Below, piece by piece: positions 33,100-47,740 of a stretch of 64,000 bases of DNA. Source of the DNA: Amoebidium appalachense (Eukaryota > Protista > Ichthyosporea). Position 1 is the first letter of the stretch. Each line of letters starts with the position of its first letter. The notes beneath the pieces are model-generated. The model was given only the letters and a program-made list of their open reading frames with translations. It ran no database searches and was not told the DNA's origin. The position numbers and the translations under genes are program-made. The stretch covers positions 10,444,468 through 10,508,467 of the forward strand of contig CAVNZM010000004.1 in the NCBI GenBank assembly GCA_963693365.1. Reading direction: 5' to 3'.

Positions 33100-33247
33100 A
33101 AGAAAGAAAGAAAGAAAGAAAGTAAGTAAGAAAGAAAGAAACAAAGAAAGAATTAAAGAAAGAAAACGACAGAAACGAATAGAAAGAAAGCGAAACTTCC
33201 AGCTAACGTCTACCTTGAAACAAAACGTAAAAAGGCCAGTTTTTCAT
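19592..33247 (-). CDS. Class I Rab11 family-interacting protein-like: C2 + 2x IPT/TIG (Sec5/EXOC2 N-terminal-like) + FIP-RBD
   Basis: 17 phase-compatible GT-AG exons: 33214-33247, 32665-32703, 31473-31575, 30376-30482, 29648-29686, 29030-29146, 28135-28465, 27503-27589, 26314-26376, 25868-25920, 25481-25531, 24758-24843, 24208-24274, 23303-23374, 22481-22614, 21765-21846, ~21325-21426; then 20401-20559 and 19592-19686 (19 segments in all, some tentative). C2: [30 protein letters not shown]...PEWNEQCEL...[11 protein letters not shown]: [27 protein letters not shown] and [25 protein letters not shown]...[14 protein letters not shown]: [23 protein letters not shown]. Confidence 0.85.
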
Positions 33248-35362
33248 GCAGAATACTATGCACTATGAAGTTGCATGACTGACTCTAACAGAATGTTGGG
33301 AATATGAAACTGCAGAACTGTCTTGCATCAAACATGGGAACCTCCCCCTCAAGAAACATATCCCCCCCCCCCCCCCCCTTTCTCTCTCTCTTTCCCCCCT
33401 CCCGAACCTCCATAATGATAATAAAAAACTAAAAATAAAAAATAGTGTGAAACAAATCAAAAATGTTGATTGAGCCTCCTTATCCCTGCTCCCTAAGTCG
33501 ATCATATCAATGGTCTACAAAGTAGCAATGCCTCCCACTGCCATGCGCATTTCCACTAGCCGTAGCCAACCCCTCCTTCTGTCCCTCCCCTCCTTGCCCA
33601 CACACACAGACACCGGAATCCTCCTTACATCCTTAAGGCAGTCACGCACCTAACCCTTTCCCCCCCGCCCCCCTCCCCTCCTCCCTTAGCCCGTCCCTAC
33701 CCCCCCCACTCCCCCCCCCCCCCCCCCCCCTCCGGGGGCTGCCCCACCTAAATAGGACTGCTTATCCTCTTCCCCACGCCCCTTTCTCCCACCTGCTGTT
33801 TGTTCCAGAACAACCCCCCCCCCCCCCCCCCTCCCCCGCCCCCGGCCCCCCTCCCCCCCCCTTCCCCCCGCATGCCTTGTGGCCTTTAAGAATATCAAGA
33901 GCCACGAACGTTGTGAACAATAAGCATGCTGCTACAATATGATAATTCCCAAAAGTAACTTGGTGGTGTTTGCTCCCCTCGGGTGTCCTGGACAGCAATG
34001 CCCACTTCCAGAACACAAAAATACGTGTTATCCATGTCCAGAACTGGAAAAAGCGCAATCAGGCCATGCTAACCCCAAGAAAACACACCAAACCACAGAA
34101 TCTAGCCGGTTCATGTTTCAAAAAATAGAATATTAATAAAATACAACAAAGCTCGAGGTTTTCAAAATATAGCGTGTGTTAGTCGCCGTTGGTTCGGGGT
34201 AAGGCCGAGATCTCGCAGATGTACCTACCCCTCACCGTCAACTTTTCCGGGCAACTCATTGCTGAAAACAAACGGTCAAATTACCACACCGTGTTTGATC
34301 GGCGGTATCGTCAATAATAAATTATACAGCTCAAAACAAACCGGTAGGGTTTCCCAAGCTTTTTTCTAAGTTCTCGCCAACTTTTGGGCGATGTGATCTC
34401 AAAAACCTGGGTTGCTTCTTTCAAAGCAAGTGACAAGATCTTCCCTCTTGCACTGGAGTTAGCCCTTGGAACTGCATGCGATGGAAGCTGTGGTTGCAGA
34501 TTTGCTAGGCTGGTTTTACATTGTCTAGCTAGTACTTGTTTAATTCTGAGAAATAATGGAAAGGTGTAGCCACCAACTTTAGAAAAACTTTTCGGAAGCT
34601 CTTCTGAAACCTTACCACATGGTGGAACAAAGCCAAGGACGAAGGTGTCAATTTTTCAAAACAGCGAGGGTGAAAAGGAGGTTCTCCCGCTACCTATAGC
34701 CGTGTACGAAGAGTGTCTAACCCCCCGTAAATTTAACTAGTCGATGGACAATCCTACACCCTGTTTGAAACTTTCCAATCAGGGCGTATGTAGCATGTAA
34801 CCGTAGAAGATGATGCCAGCATAAAACACCCCTTTATTTAATTCTATGCCGATCTACTGAACATATACATATATGAAATGAAATCTGTCTCGGTTAGAAA
34901 TGAGCACCAAAATTAGAAATTTATTTAATCGAGTCTACAACTGAATTTCAGAAATATCTAATTTTTAAACAGTTCTAAGGAGTCCCAGAGGATCTGAATT
35001 CATCCAATCAACGTATTTAGCTCCGCCAATCCGAGTCGTGCTACGAAAGCGATGCAAATAAATGAACAGAGTCCTGCAACACAATGATATAGCTATGTAC
35101 AGTGCAACTTGGAGTGCTACGTGTGGCTAAATCACTTCAAGGAAATCATGTTCCAATTATTTATGCTACTAGTTGTTTTGCACATGTTGAGGCTGAGTAC
35201 TTTTGTGCCGGAATTCGAAACGGTGCTCGACCTCATCCTTGACCATTCGAACTTTTCAGAATCAAAACTTTTTTGCCACGCTTCTGGCTGCTAACAATTG
35301 GCTCAGGTCGCACCACCCCGCCGCAGGCCTGGCGAGGCGCTGTGCGGCGCTTTCCTCCCTCC

Positions 35363-35399
<37 letters not shown>

Positions 35400-35454
35400 A
35401 CCTCCCCCCCCCACCTCCCCCCTTCTCCCCCCCCCCCCCCCCCCCATCCGCCCA

Positions 35455-35571
<117 letters not shown>

Positions 35572-35811
35572 AACACGTACACACACACACACACACACAC
35601 GCACGCACACACACACACACAAACACACGCACACGCACGCACGCACACACACACAAGCGCACACACACATGTACACACAAACATGCGCGCGCACCTACTT
35701 TCACAACACACACACACACGCACGCACGCACACACATGAACACACGCACACACGCAACACTGTGATACACAGAAACAGAGAGAGAACGAGAGATAGAAAG
35801 AGGGAGGGCCC

Positions 35812-35847
<36 letters not shown>

Positions 35848-36385
35848 GAGAGAGAGAGAGAGAGACGTACATGCTGCTGACATCTCCACCCTTGAAGCTT
35901 TGTAACAGCCACACGCGCACACACACGTGTGCACGCACGCACGCACATGTGCGCACACGTGTACACACACGCACACGTAAACACACACACACACACACAC
36001 AAACGTGCGCGTGCGCGCGCGCAAGGTGACAACGGCACAACGCGCATGTGTGTTGTATGTGTGTGCAGTGTGTGATTCTGTGTGTCACATGTACATGTAG
36101 TGTGCGCACACGCACGCGTGAGCGCGCGCGTGTATGTGTGTATGTGTGTGTGTGTGTGTGTGTGTCTGTGTATGTGTGTCTGTGTGAGTGTGTGTGTGTC
36201 TGTGTGTGTGGGGGTGTGTGGGTGGGTGTGTGTATGTGGGTTTGCGTGTATGTGTACATGTGTGTGTCTAAGTTGTATTTGCAATTGTGTGTGGGGTGGA
36301 GGGAGTGGGAGCTGTAAACAACTGTATGGCATGAACTGTACATGTTTACTAAAGAATGTAATCTACTAGCACACGATTCGTGCTT

Positions 36386-36952
36386 TGTCATGAATATCAC
36401 ATAAATATTATGTCCGCACCAATAGGACTCACTCTGACCTAAGAATTGAACCATACATGATTCTATTGCTGCATACCACATAATCGAAGTGGACCAATAA
36501 GAGGTTTGCATAAATAGGAAGGTCTGACTGGCTCGGACCGCACCAGAATCACGAATGGCATGTTGCCACCCGCGCTGGCCGCGGATGAACCAATCCTGGG
36601 CCTTGATCCGAAACCTGGGGGCTATATAAGAAAGCCGTCCCAGTACGGGGATCACATCAGTGAAGTCTGAGACAGACTGAGTCGGCCCATAGTAAAAGCA
36701 ACCTGGCCGTGTGTGCCTTTCTACCCGCTCTCTGTCTTTATTTTGATTCAGTTGTACTCTGCCTTATCCTAACTAGTCCAACTGTTTACAGGAGCACAAG
36801 TTAAAAAACAAAATTCCTACCCCACTTTCCCCCCTACTAGGCCTCATTTGCCCTTCCCACCGTTTCAGATCAGGTCTGTCAGGCTCAATATGGATTATGC
36901 CTTATTTGGGGCGGGGGGAGGATGGGGGAGGGGAGGGCTGCGGCCGGAGACA
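36386..36952 (+). mobile_element. Possible solo LTR
   Basis: TGTC...GACA termini, internal TATATAAG and AGTAAA, flanks TGCTT and AGCTT (4/5 match). Confidence 0.35.
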
Positions 36953-37369
36953 AGCTTTACAATCATTCGATCCGGTCCTGACTGCGCATGTGCATGCCTC
37001 CCCCCGCCCCCCTCCCCCCCCCCCCCCATGGGGGTATGTGCCCCCCCCCCCCCCCCAACCTCTTTTCCCCCATCGCATGTCCCCCTCCCCTCCCCCCCCC
37101 TCCCCCCCCCCCCCCCTGTCCCTCCAACTCCGAATTCCGCCTCGGCAGTCCCCCAAGTTCCATTTAGATTCATGATCCGTTACAGCGGATATGCTTCCCT
37201 GTTATATTGCTTAAAGCCGAGGGGGAAGAAGTTTAGCTCGGGGCCGGTCATCTAATAAAGTTCTAGACTCTGCCCCACTGGCCGCCATATGCATACGTCA
37301 TCGGAGCATTTGATACAGCTGGCCTCGCAATAGGTGATGCTTAAATTAAAGCATGACATGGCACTCCTT

Positions 37370-37445
37370 GTCATTTTATGTTTATTGTTTATTATTATCA
37401 TCCCGTTTTGTTCTCGGAGGTCTCTCATAGGAACTACCGTCTTCC
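37370..37445 (-). mobile_element. Second, diverged copy of the retroposon 3'-end motif
   Basis: Minus strand reads GGAAGACGGTA-GTTCC..GAG AGAC CTC..GAAC-AAAACGGGAT followed by an AATAA-rich tail. Confidence 0.45.
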
Positions 37446-38289
37446 ACACGTACTAAGCTCCGACTGTAACTTGGCAGGGTGCTAATGGTGCACGCCTTAT
37501 TTGTGTTCCTCATCTTTTCGTCGGTTTTGTGCTGCCTATGATGGTACCGGTGTGTCGCAGACCAAGTTTGGTTTCCCCCGAGTCCTCTGATCCTCCCCTC
37601 CCCCCACCTGTTTTTCCGTTACTTTTTCGACCTCTTCCTTTCCTTTTCTCACTCCTCAATCCTGTGAGACTGTCTCTATCAGTGCTCTATTCTACTACGT
37701 AGATCAAACCTCCACTCTTTCCCTATCTGGTAGACTGTCGTACCAATCTCCCCCCAATTAATATCCCCCCCCCCCCCCCCCAGTGGCACTCAAAATGGGC
37801 GTTAGCGTCTATCACATTTCATATGTAATGGCCTGCTGTGCCCTTGGTTTACACGCTCTATGTGCCCTTCTGCCTAAAGCCCGGGATTACACTGTTTATT
37901 GTCTTCTCCGACTTCGAAGCCTTCCTCTCATCATGACTTGGCATGCACAAATTTGGGCAAGAGCCGGGGGGTACCTATTTGTATGTCCGACTCAGTTGCA
38001 GGGATTTGCACGAGAAGGATGATGGTGAGGATAACAGCCCTATTGTGATACACAATATAATTAAAGGCATCTATGTCACGGTTCATGTGGTTATCGATTT
38101 ACGAGTACATACAGTAGTAGGCCTACCCTCCTAATAAACATCAAACGACGAGTTCGACTCTTGAACAGCTCAGCGATGTGCCGCATGTGATTGTGCACGC
38201 GGCTCATGAGGTGATCTATTTGATCTATTTCCTTTGCTGATTGGTGGATATCCAGGTTCAGCATTCCGGAGCCTTATAAGTTTATCGCT

Positions 38290-39235
<946 letters not shown>

Positions 39236-40360
39236 TTATCGCTTGTCCTTGCAGCCAATAAAAGCAAACCTTTAGGAATTCCAATCATTCCATTGATCAT
39301 CCGCCTTATCAACCCAGGGTTTGCCTTACGAATACCTAAAATACGATTAAACACAGGGGCCAATACGGTTAACGCTGTGAGGTGCCGTATACGTATTCAC
39401 CATTCGTAACAACTATATAGGCTCCAAGCGTGTAGCTTGATGCTTTCTAAATGAAAAAAAAAATGGTTTCTATAAAAAAGTGATCCTTTGGTATTTCTTG
39501 CGCTCGAAAAGAAGAATACGAAGCCCTGTTTTCTCTCTCGGGGTTCCATATTAATAATGAAGTGAAAGATTATACGAAAACGGTGTCTGAATTTACAAAA
39601 TAGACGGGGTTATTCAGGTCTATTTTGGAAAAAACACCCCATCAATAGGATTAAGACTTTCCGACAATACGATACCGTTTTAGGTAAAACGAATAAGGCG
39701 ACCAAACCCGGGGAACCCCTGTATCAACCTCGAACGGGCGGCCGTGTGCATGCGATTACCAACTCCGTATTTATCTCGCAGCCTGCAGACACTGCCAGCT
39801 CAAAACTCGAATAATATTTCTATCAGTTTAGAACAAAAAATTGGGAATAGTATATCATGATTACCTTTAAAAACGCTGGCCAAAAAGCGAGTCGACCATG
39901 CATACCAGGATAGATAACACACATTCACGGCCATATAGGGTGTTTCTAGATGGCCGTGCACACATTCCACTAGCTAATTTTATGACGTCAATTTGCACGT
40001 GCGCCGCCCTTCTGTCAGAGATGATCCTGTCTCTGTTTATGCCCCACCCACACCCTATGTATGCCGCATATACGTAAATGAACAGCTCTCTCTGTCTATT
40101 ATGTGCATACTCTTTGCTTGGTACTTTCACTGGCGTTCATCATCCACCTTCCCCATTTCCAAGATCTCCGATTTCTGAATTCGAACCATTCATGTGGCCA
40201 TGTGGCATAGCCGAATCTCGAGAAACCCACAAAAACAGCATATTGCAAGGCAGAAGAGGTAGCTAAATATCATATTATGGTTGAGAGAAGAACGAAAAAA
40301 AATCACTCACACGGTTCTTTGCACGAGTTCTAATTTCCACACATTTATAACATCTTTAGG

Positions 40361-43300
40361 ATGTCGAAGAGCAAGCCCAGCAGTTGTACCGTCATCACCA
40401 TGGCCACGCCCACATCCACCACACCGACTAAAAGCAATTTCCGCTACAAGCAAGAAAAGCCCATGTTAAGCATAAGTCTTTGTCCTGGGAAGTCTTTTAC
40501 GGTAGACACACTAGACAAAGAATCTACAACAAGACTTAACCCCTCTGTGAATGGCTCGCTGACCGGTAGCGGGAGTAGTGAAGGGAAGGACGTAGAAGCC
40601 CACGAGAGTGATGCCGTTTCGGGACTGGTCATTGCGGAGAATACCCAGGCGGTAACCCAGTGTGAGGGCACGGGCAAAAGGTAACATATATTGTTGTGCA
40701 GCTGTTTGCAGCTGTGAGTTCTCTTTCCTAACTGTCTCCCCCCCCCCCCCCCTCCCCCCCCTCTCCCCCCTCCCTCCCCCCCCCTCCCCTCCCCCCTCCC
40801 CACCTTGACGATGGCTCAGCTACGATGGGTCTAGAGTATCCAATCTTTATAGCTCAAGAGCTCAGTCTCGGAAAGATAGTCTTGTTTCCCACCAGAAGGA
40901 TGAATATGAGGTGATAGGCGGTACCTGGTAGAGCTATAGAGCGAGAAAATGGTCGGCGGGAGATGAGGATGTGGAGGGGATGAGAAGGGGGGGGGGGGGG
41001 GAGCACAGCACCAAAAATAATACACATTAGGAGAGTGGGTCAATTGTTATCTTATCTATAAGAAGCCTGTAGCATACGATATTGAACACTGTGTGAAAAC
41101 ATCACAGGTCACAGCAAACGCTTTCAGCCGCCACAAAACCACCAACTCTGAGCCCGTCCCCTCTCCACACCAACCCCTCCACGCCGTTGAAACCTGCAAC
41201 ACACATCCACCAGACGCCGTTTTCCGCAATTTCCTTGCGCCAATTTTCACAAAGTTGCAGCGAAGATGACGACAGGAGGGCAAAGGAGATATCCATTCCG
41301 GTCAAGGCGTTTCCCCCCGAGGTTCGGTACAAGATGCATGACTTGGATCTCAACTATGATGGTGTGCTCGATCTGAACGATTTGTCTAGGTATTGACAAA
41401 CCCCCCCCCCCCCCCCCCCTCCCCCTTGCACCCCTTCATCTTGCCACCACCAATATTGCGGTCACAATCACAGATTGAATCCTCAACGTTTTCCTCAACA
41501 CAGGTTTTTAATTCATAGATTATGCCCCCTTCCCTTTTTTCTCCAGCACAAAAGCCACCTTAAAAGCGTTGTGTGTGTGTTCGTGTGTGTGTGTGTTTGT
41601 GGGTGTGTGTGTGAGTGGGTATGGGTGTGTGTGTGTGTGTGTGTGTGTGTGGTGGTGGTGGTGGTGGTGGCGGGGGGGGGGGGGGGGGGGGGGGAGGGGG
41701 GGGGGGGGGGGGGAGGGCGGGGGGGAGAACAGAGAGGGGTCGATTGGGGCTACTATTACGTTCTAATGTGTATGTGCGGCCACAGGAGTGCTACTTTGAT
41801 GAGACGGCAAAAACGCCAGCTGAAACAGCTGTGGTGTGTTCTGGTGGTATGTGCCCCACATTCCCGGGTGGTGGGTTAGCCAATAGGTAATATTCGTTAA
41901 AGGAGATTCGCTTACATATTGCAAGTTTTGAATGACGGTGCAAGTGCAAGATTCATTTTAAGATGATATGGACTCGATTACTATCAAGTAATGTTTTTAG
42001 GGTATTTTTCCTGCCTTATCTACGTGCTCTTTTGTAGCCCCTGTCAGCCTCGGTAGTGAAATAGTGCTATGTATGTTTGTCCATGCCTTTTATTCCTTTG
42101 TCATTTCTAGTTCTTTCTCTTACGCATTTTCGTGGCACGTGGCATCTGTTCTAGACTTTTTCCAAGAAACTACCGTCTTTTGCAGCATTTTTAGATTTAT
42201 AGCCGGGGTGGCGGGGATCCAAAACAGTTTCTTCTAACTAATATACATGGCTTATCTTAACATCGTTTTATACAGGGGTATTCTAAATTTAAGATTTTCG
42301 GAATTTAAGATTCTGGCGCTAGTAATTTCTAGTGGGCTGGCTAGCCCCCAGAACATATATGAAAATTTAAGATTTTTTCCTTTTCCTATATAATGGGCTA
42401 GGAGGGTCTGGAGATAAGATTCTAGTTGGCTGAAGCCACAATTCACGTAATCTGAAATTCGGCCTACCCCTGTATCTTATATGGTTTAACCCCCTCAGGT
42501 GATGACCGTGTGTATTGCTGCATTGGGTGTTGTTGTCTGTGGACTTGCAAGCTACGTTACCGGTAACTGGTTATGCTTCCCCCCAGCTCCCCCCCCCCCA
42601 CACACACTCTCTCTCTCACTCTCACTCACACACTCTCTCTCTTTGCTGTTCCCGTGTAGGCTTTTAGAGCATGCATCACAGACAACTCTACGAACACAGG
42701 TATAGGGACTCGATGAAGGAGGGTGCACATTAAGACAGGCATGCCTACGCACACCCGCACAAAGATAAGATACCTCGTATGACACATACTATTTCCCCAC
42801 ACGCCCTGTTCACACACATATACGCGCACGTACGCCTGCCCGAATGCACTAACATACACAGTCGCAGATGTACGCGCACACGCACAGTAACCTTTCACTC
42901 GCACATCCGGACAAATCACCACACACACAGTGGATGCACAGGCTTGTGCAGTCACCAGCACAAATGGAACGTAAACGTAACCTAGACATACCACCTATGC
43001 CGTTAACATTCAAGGAATAGCCGATTACAGCTAGAACGGGCCTCTGACTACCCCCTCCCCCCCCCCCCCCCCCCCCCCCTCCACCCCAACCCGACCCCTC
43101 CTCTCCCCCTTTCCCCCTCCCCCCTCCAACCCCTCCCACGACCCCTGCTCCCACCCCCCCCCCCCTCCCCCCTCCCCCCTCCCCCCGACCCCCTTGCCCC
43201 CCCCATGCCCCACACAGGTCACATCCACAGATCATTACCGTACAACAACATTCTTATTGTTGGACCTACCGGTGATCTTATGGTGGGCAGCACAGGCACG

Positions 43301-43718
43301 GACCAAACGGGCCCCCTAAACCTGGACATGGCCGTACCAAGCGATCTTAGTCAGCTAACCCAGGTGTGACGTTTGTTACAGTTTACCCCCACTTCTCCCC
43401 CCCCCCCCTCCCTCCCCCCTTTTCCCCCTTTCTCCTTATCTATCGGCTCCACCCTTGCTGCCTGCCAAATCAGTGTTCAAATATTGAGTGTTTACTTTTT
43501 GGCGCGACATTTGACAAAGTGACACTTTCTCTTCCTAATGCTTTCTGTTTTATGAGATCCGGCATGCTTCAGTCCGAACCAGCGGCATGTTTCAACCAGA
43601 CCCAGCCCCTTTGCAATTAACCCACCTGTGACCAACGTTCCCCCCCCCCCCCCCCCCCCGCCCCCCGCCACCTCCCCCATCCCCCAAAAACACACACACA
43701 CACACACAAACATACACA

Positions 43719-43771
<53 letters not shown>

Positions 43772-44550
43772 CCGATCCCATATCCTCTCGTAGCCAGTGT
43801 TCAAACGGAAGGGAAGAGAGGACACGAACCCCGCCAATCCAATGAGTTTAAGGCAAACCCTGCAATTTTACCCCCTACCCACCTGTGCCCCTTGCCCTCA
43901 CACCACCACCATTCCGTCTACCATCCCAACTATCAAACTCTCCTCGTCCGCCGCCCCCTCCCCTCCCCCCTTCTCCCTCACGCTCCTCCTTCATGAATGC
44001 ACCTCAGACATTCCTTTCCTCTCCTAGGCCAGTTAAAATTTGAACCCCTTTTTCCTAGCGATTTCCAAGAAATTCTAGCACTTTTTTAGCAAATTCTGAC
44101 AAGTCCTAGCCCATGACCGCACCCTCCTCTTGCAGTTATTCATCACCACACCATCTGGGGAGACTCTTCGCTCAAGTGTTGCCAATGTGCGAGTAGTGGA
44201 GGGGCAGAGGGTCTCCGTGGGCACCCCAACAAACACTGTGCTCGTCATGGAGAAGGGCATGTGCCCCCCCCCCCCCCCCCCAAAAAAAAAAAAAAAAAAA
44301 AAAGGAAAAAAGGGAAGAAAAATTGAAAACATTCGTAACTTGCTTTGACCCCCTTCCCTGCTTCCCCTTTCCCTGCCTCTTTGTCTTCGTCTCTCTCGCA
44401 CCCACACCCCATAACATATGCAGCCAAAACCGCAGGTGTTTTCGTGCGCACGGCTGTGTGCATGCAGACACACATCTGAGGGTGAGCACGTGCGGGGGAA
44501 CACATAAGCACAGCCACACGGTCCCTTCAAGTAGCTATTTTATCTCCCCC

Positions 44551-44589
<39 letters not shown>

Positions 44590-44748
44590 CAAAAAAAAAA
44601 AAAAAAAAAGTCGGTGCGCATCCAAGCCAATTCCTTACTAATAGTATGATCCAATCACGTTCTGCAGCGAGAAATTGGGTCCCTGTCCTCAGATTTTCCA
44701 ACGAGAGGCCCATCGACTTCGGAAACACCACAGCTACTGGTATGGCCC

Positions 44749-44783
<35 letters not shown>

Positions 44784-44859
44784 CCACCCAGGTCCCCCGG
44801 CCCACATCCGAACAAGTGGGGGTTTCCGCCCCCTCCCCCCTCCCCCTCCCCCCCCTTCA

Positions 44860-44906
<47 letters not shown>

Positions 44907-46463
44907 AAAAAAAAAAGAAAAAAAGAAAAAAAACTTGGACAGGAGCAAATCAGTAAGGCAGGCGAACCTAGCAAGACAAAATGGATTATAATGGGGATTG
45001 TTCCTTGTGAATGCCATAGTATGATGGTTGATAGTATCTCTAATGGGACATGCCAAAAAAAAAAAAAAATACCACTGGCTTCACCGCACACCAGCCATCA
45101 TTAGCATACCCCTCCTCCTCCCCCTCCCTCTCCCCCCTCCTCCCCCCCCCCCCCCCCCTCTCCCCCCTCCCCCCCCCCCCCCCCCCCCAGCCCTTCACCT
45201 TCTTTCTCTGCCCCCACCCACCAACGACTAACCAACAACATGCAACCTGTCACACAGCAAATGCGACCAAATCATGAGATTGCGGCAAGCCAGTCTAAAG
45301 ATGATTTTCACTGGAGCGGAACTCTGGACGGGACAACATATCTCCTGGCGTATTTATTAATCATTCTTGCATTGTTTAATATATTGGGATGTAGTACTAT
45401 TTAGGATACTGTATACAAAACTTAGTGTGCACGTGCATGCAAGGCATAGGCGTCACAATGGATGTAGGGGCACGCTTTTCGTTTACGGCAACAGTATGTT
45501 CAGACACCTATTCCAGTCATATGGTTTTTGATAATAGGTTCAAGGTCTATTTAGTTTCCCCATGTTTTTCTTTTTTTGTTTTTACCGTTTTGTTAACGAA
45601 ATATATAGCATACCGCTCTCTTCCGATGAGTATCTGTCGGGTTTCATTGGCAATGCTTTGCTTGGTTTGTTTTTCAAACAAGTTCAAATAATTCAAGAAA
45701 TCTAGGCGGTTTATTTGCACTTCCATGATCTAAATTTAAACATGGGTATGTCTCATAAAATTCTTCGGAGAGTGACGAAGGTGGTGATGGTTTTGGCCGG
45801 GGGGAGAGGGAGGGGAGGCAAATTTTTTTGAGGCGAATAAAAAACCATGTATGATATTCACGGCAAGCTGTACGTAAGTAGTGATAATACGCAAGCTAGG
45901 CCTACATGGCCATGTTTGACTCCAGCCGTGAGGTGTTTTCAGGAAATGTGTGGTTTGACCGGTGTTATATCATGACATCATTTGTGGTTCTGGGAACATG
46001 TATGCCCTTGAATGATACCGCATTCATGCAGCCAGCCTGAGAACCCAGACCCTCCCCTTCCCTCCTCCCTTCTCCCCCCCCCCCCCCCCCCCCCCCATAT
46101 ACGCGGGCTAAGGGGTCGAAACTCAGACGCAATTGATGACTTGGGCCCTCCCTGAGGATGGGCTCTGCTTATGACGCATACTGTGCGCATGGCTGATGTT
46201 GCATACTTGAATGTTTGCCTTTGCATGTGTCCTGCACCATGCTTCTCATCGTGTATGCGTACTTCGTACCGTGTTCCGCATTCAAACCCCCCCCCCCCCC
46301 CCCCCCCCACACACACACACCACCCCTCCCTACCCCAGCTCCCATCTCTAGGCTTGTCCGTACCAGCCCCACTGCCCCAGTGCCAGTCCCTCTACGAGCA
46401 CCAAATGATCCTAGTTCTTTCGTTCTTGAGTCTTCACAAGTCTTAGGCTTCCCAGCTCCCTAG
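40361..46463 (+). CDS. EF-hand + single-TM protein, paralogue A (3' end uncertain)
   Basis: Exons 40361-40680, 41108-41389, 41786-41846, 42499-42562, 43218-43363 and 44136-44256; possible further exons near 44693-44739 and 46352-46463. EF loop [12 protein letters not shown]; [28 protein letters not shown]. Confidence 0.7.
42273..42472. mobile_element. 200-bp MITE with TA flanks (Tc1/mariner-type target) inside an intron
   Basis: TA|CAGGGGTA...TACCCCTG|TA; imperfect 24-bp TIR, CAGGGGTATTCTAAATTTAAGATT vs CAGGGGTAGGCCGAATTTCAGATT. Confidence 0.6.
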
Positions 46464-46493
46464 AACATCCCCCCCGGAAGCCCTCCATCCTGT

Positions 46494-46529
<36 letters not shown>

Positions 46530-46826
46530 CCCTGAAAAAAAAAAAAAAAAAAAAAAAAAAGAAAAGAAAAAAAAAATTTTCTCCCCCAAAGCCCAATTTG
46601 ACGGCGAGAATTTTCCAGAATTCCTCCCTCGAGTTCAGGTCACCTTCACCCATGCATACACCCTTTCGATGGACCACTCCATTTATTTGATCACTATTAC
46701 ATGTACACACAAGAGTGTGCATACTGAATTCAAAGCAATAACTCCCCCCCCCCCCCCCCCCCCCTGCTCCCCCCTCCTCCCACCCACCCAACCGGAGTCG
46801 CACATGCACCCTCTCTCTTTCAAATG

Positions 46827-46861
<35 letters not shown>

Positions 46862-47221
46862 CCCCCCCCCCCCTCCCCCCGGCTCCATCCTCCCACCACG
46901 TGCACCCCCCCACCCACCCCCCTACCCCCCTCCCTCCCTCCCTTCCCCAGCCCCTTTTCTGTTTCTCTCTCTCAGTCTCTCTGTCTCGCTGCCTACACCT
47001 GTCTGTCTCTGATTCACTCTATCCCTGCCCCCCCCCCCCCCCCCCCCCCCCCCTCTCTTTCTCAATCTGTCTTTATCTCTCGCTACTCTCCCTCGCCCCT
47101 CTCTCTCTTCCTCCCGCTCTACCTCTCGTCCTCCCCCCTCCCTCCGCCCCTCTCTCTCCCTCCCCCTCTCCCTCCCTCCCTCTCCCTCCCTCCCCCCCTC
47201 TGTTTCCCTCTCTCTTCCCCC

Positions 47222-47252
<31 letters not shown>

Positions 47253-47378
47253 CATCCCTCCCTCCCTCCCTCCCTCCCTCCTTCCCTCCCTCCCTCCCTC
47301 CCTCCCTCCCTCCCTCCCTCTCCTCCCTCCCTCTCTCCCTCCCCCCCCCCTCCCCCGGCCCCCCCCCCTCTCTCTCTT

Positions 47379-47415
<37 letters not shown>

Positions 47416-47694
47416 CTCCCTCTGGGCCCGGACCTGCGGACCGGCCACCACGGCGCTTCGGATGCAGACCCTGTAGACGCAGAAAGAGCCCATAGCTGTA
47501 GTTGTAGTGACCAAAAGGCCAGTAGCTATAATTAGCTAACAGTGGTGCAGTATGTCACACGGATAAACTATGATGATAATAATTCCGCACCCCTCCGCTG
47601 CCGTCTGAAGGCTGCTACAAATAGCGTCTATCTGCGTAAGAGCTGGTGTTTGTTGCGGGTCGGCTTTGATAAGCGCACGTGAGTGCCTGTGGGT

Positions 47695-47740
47695 GCTGTA
47701 CCTCTGAGGTCACTGCAGCTGTACCTCTGAGGTCACTGCA
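47695..47740. repeat. 23-bp tandem duplication
   Basis: GCTGTACCTCTGAGGTCACTGCA occurs twice. Confidence 0.9.
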
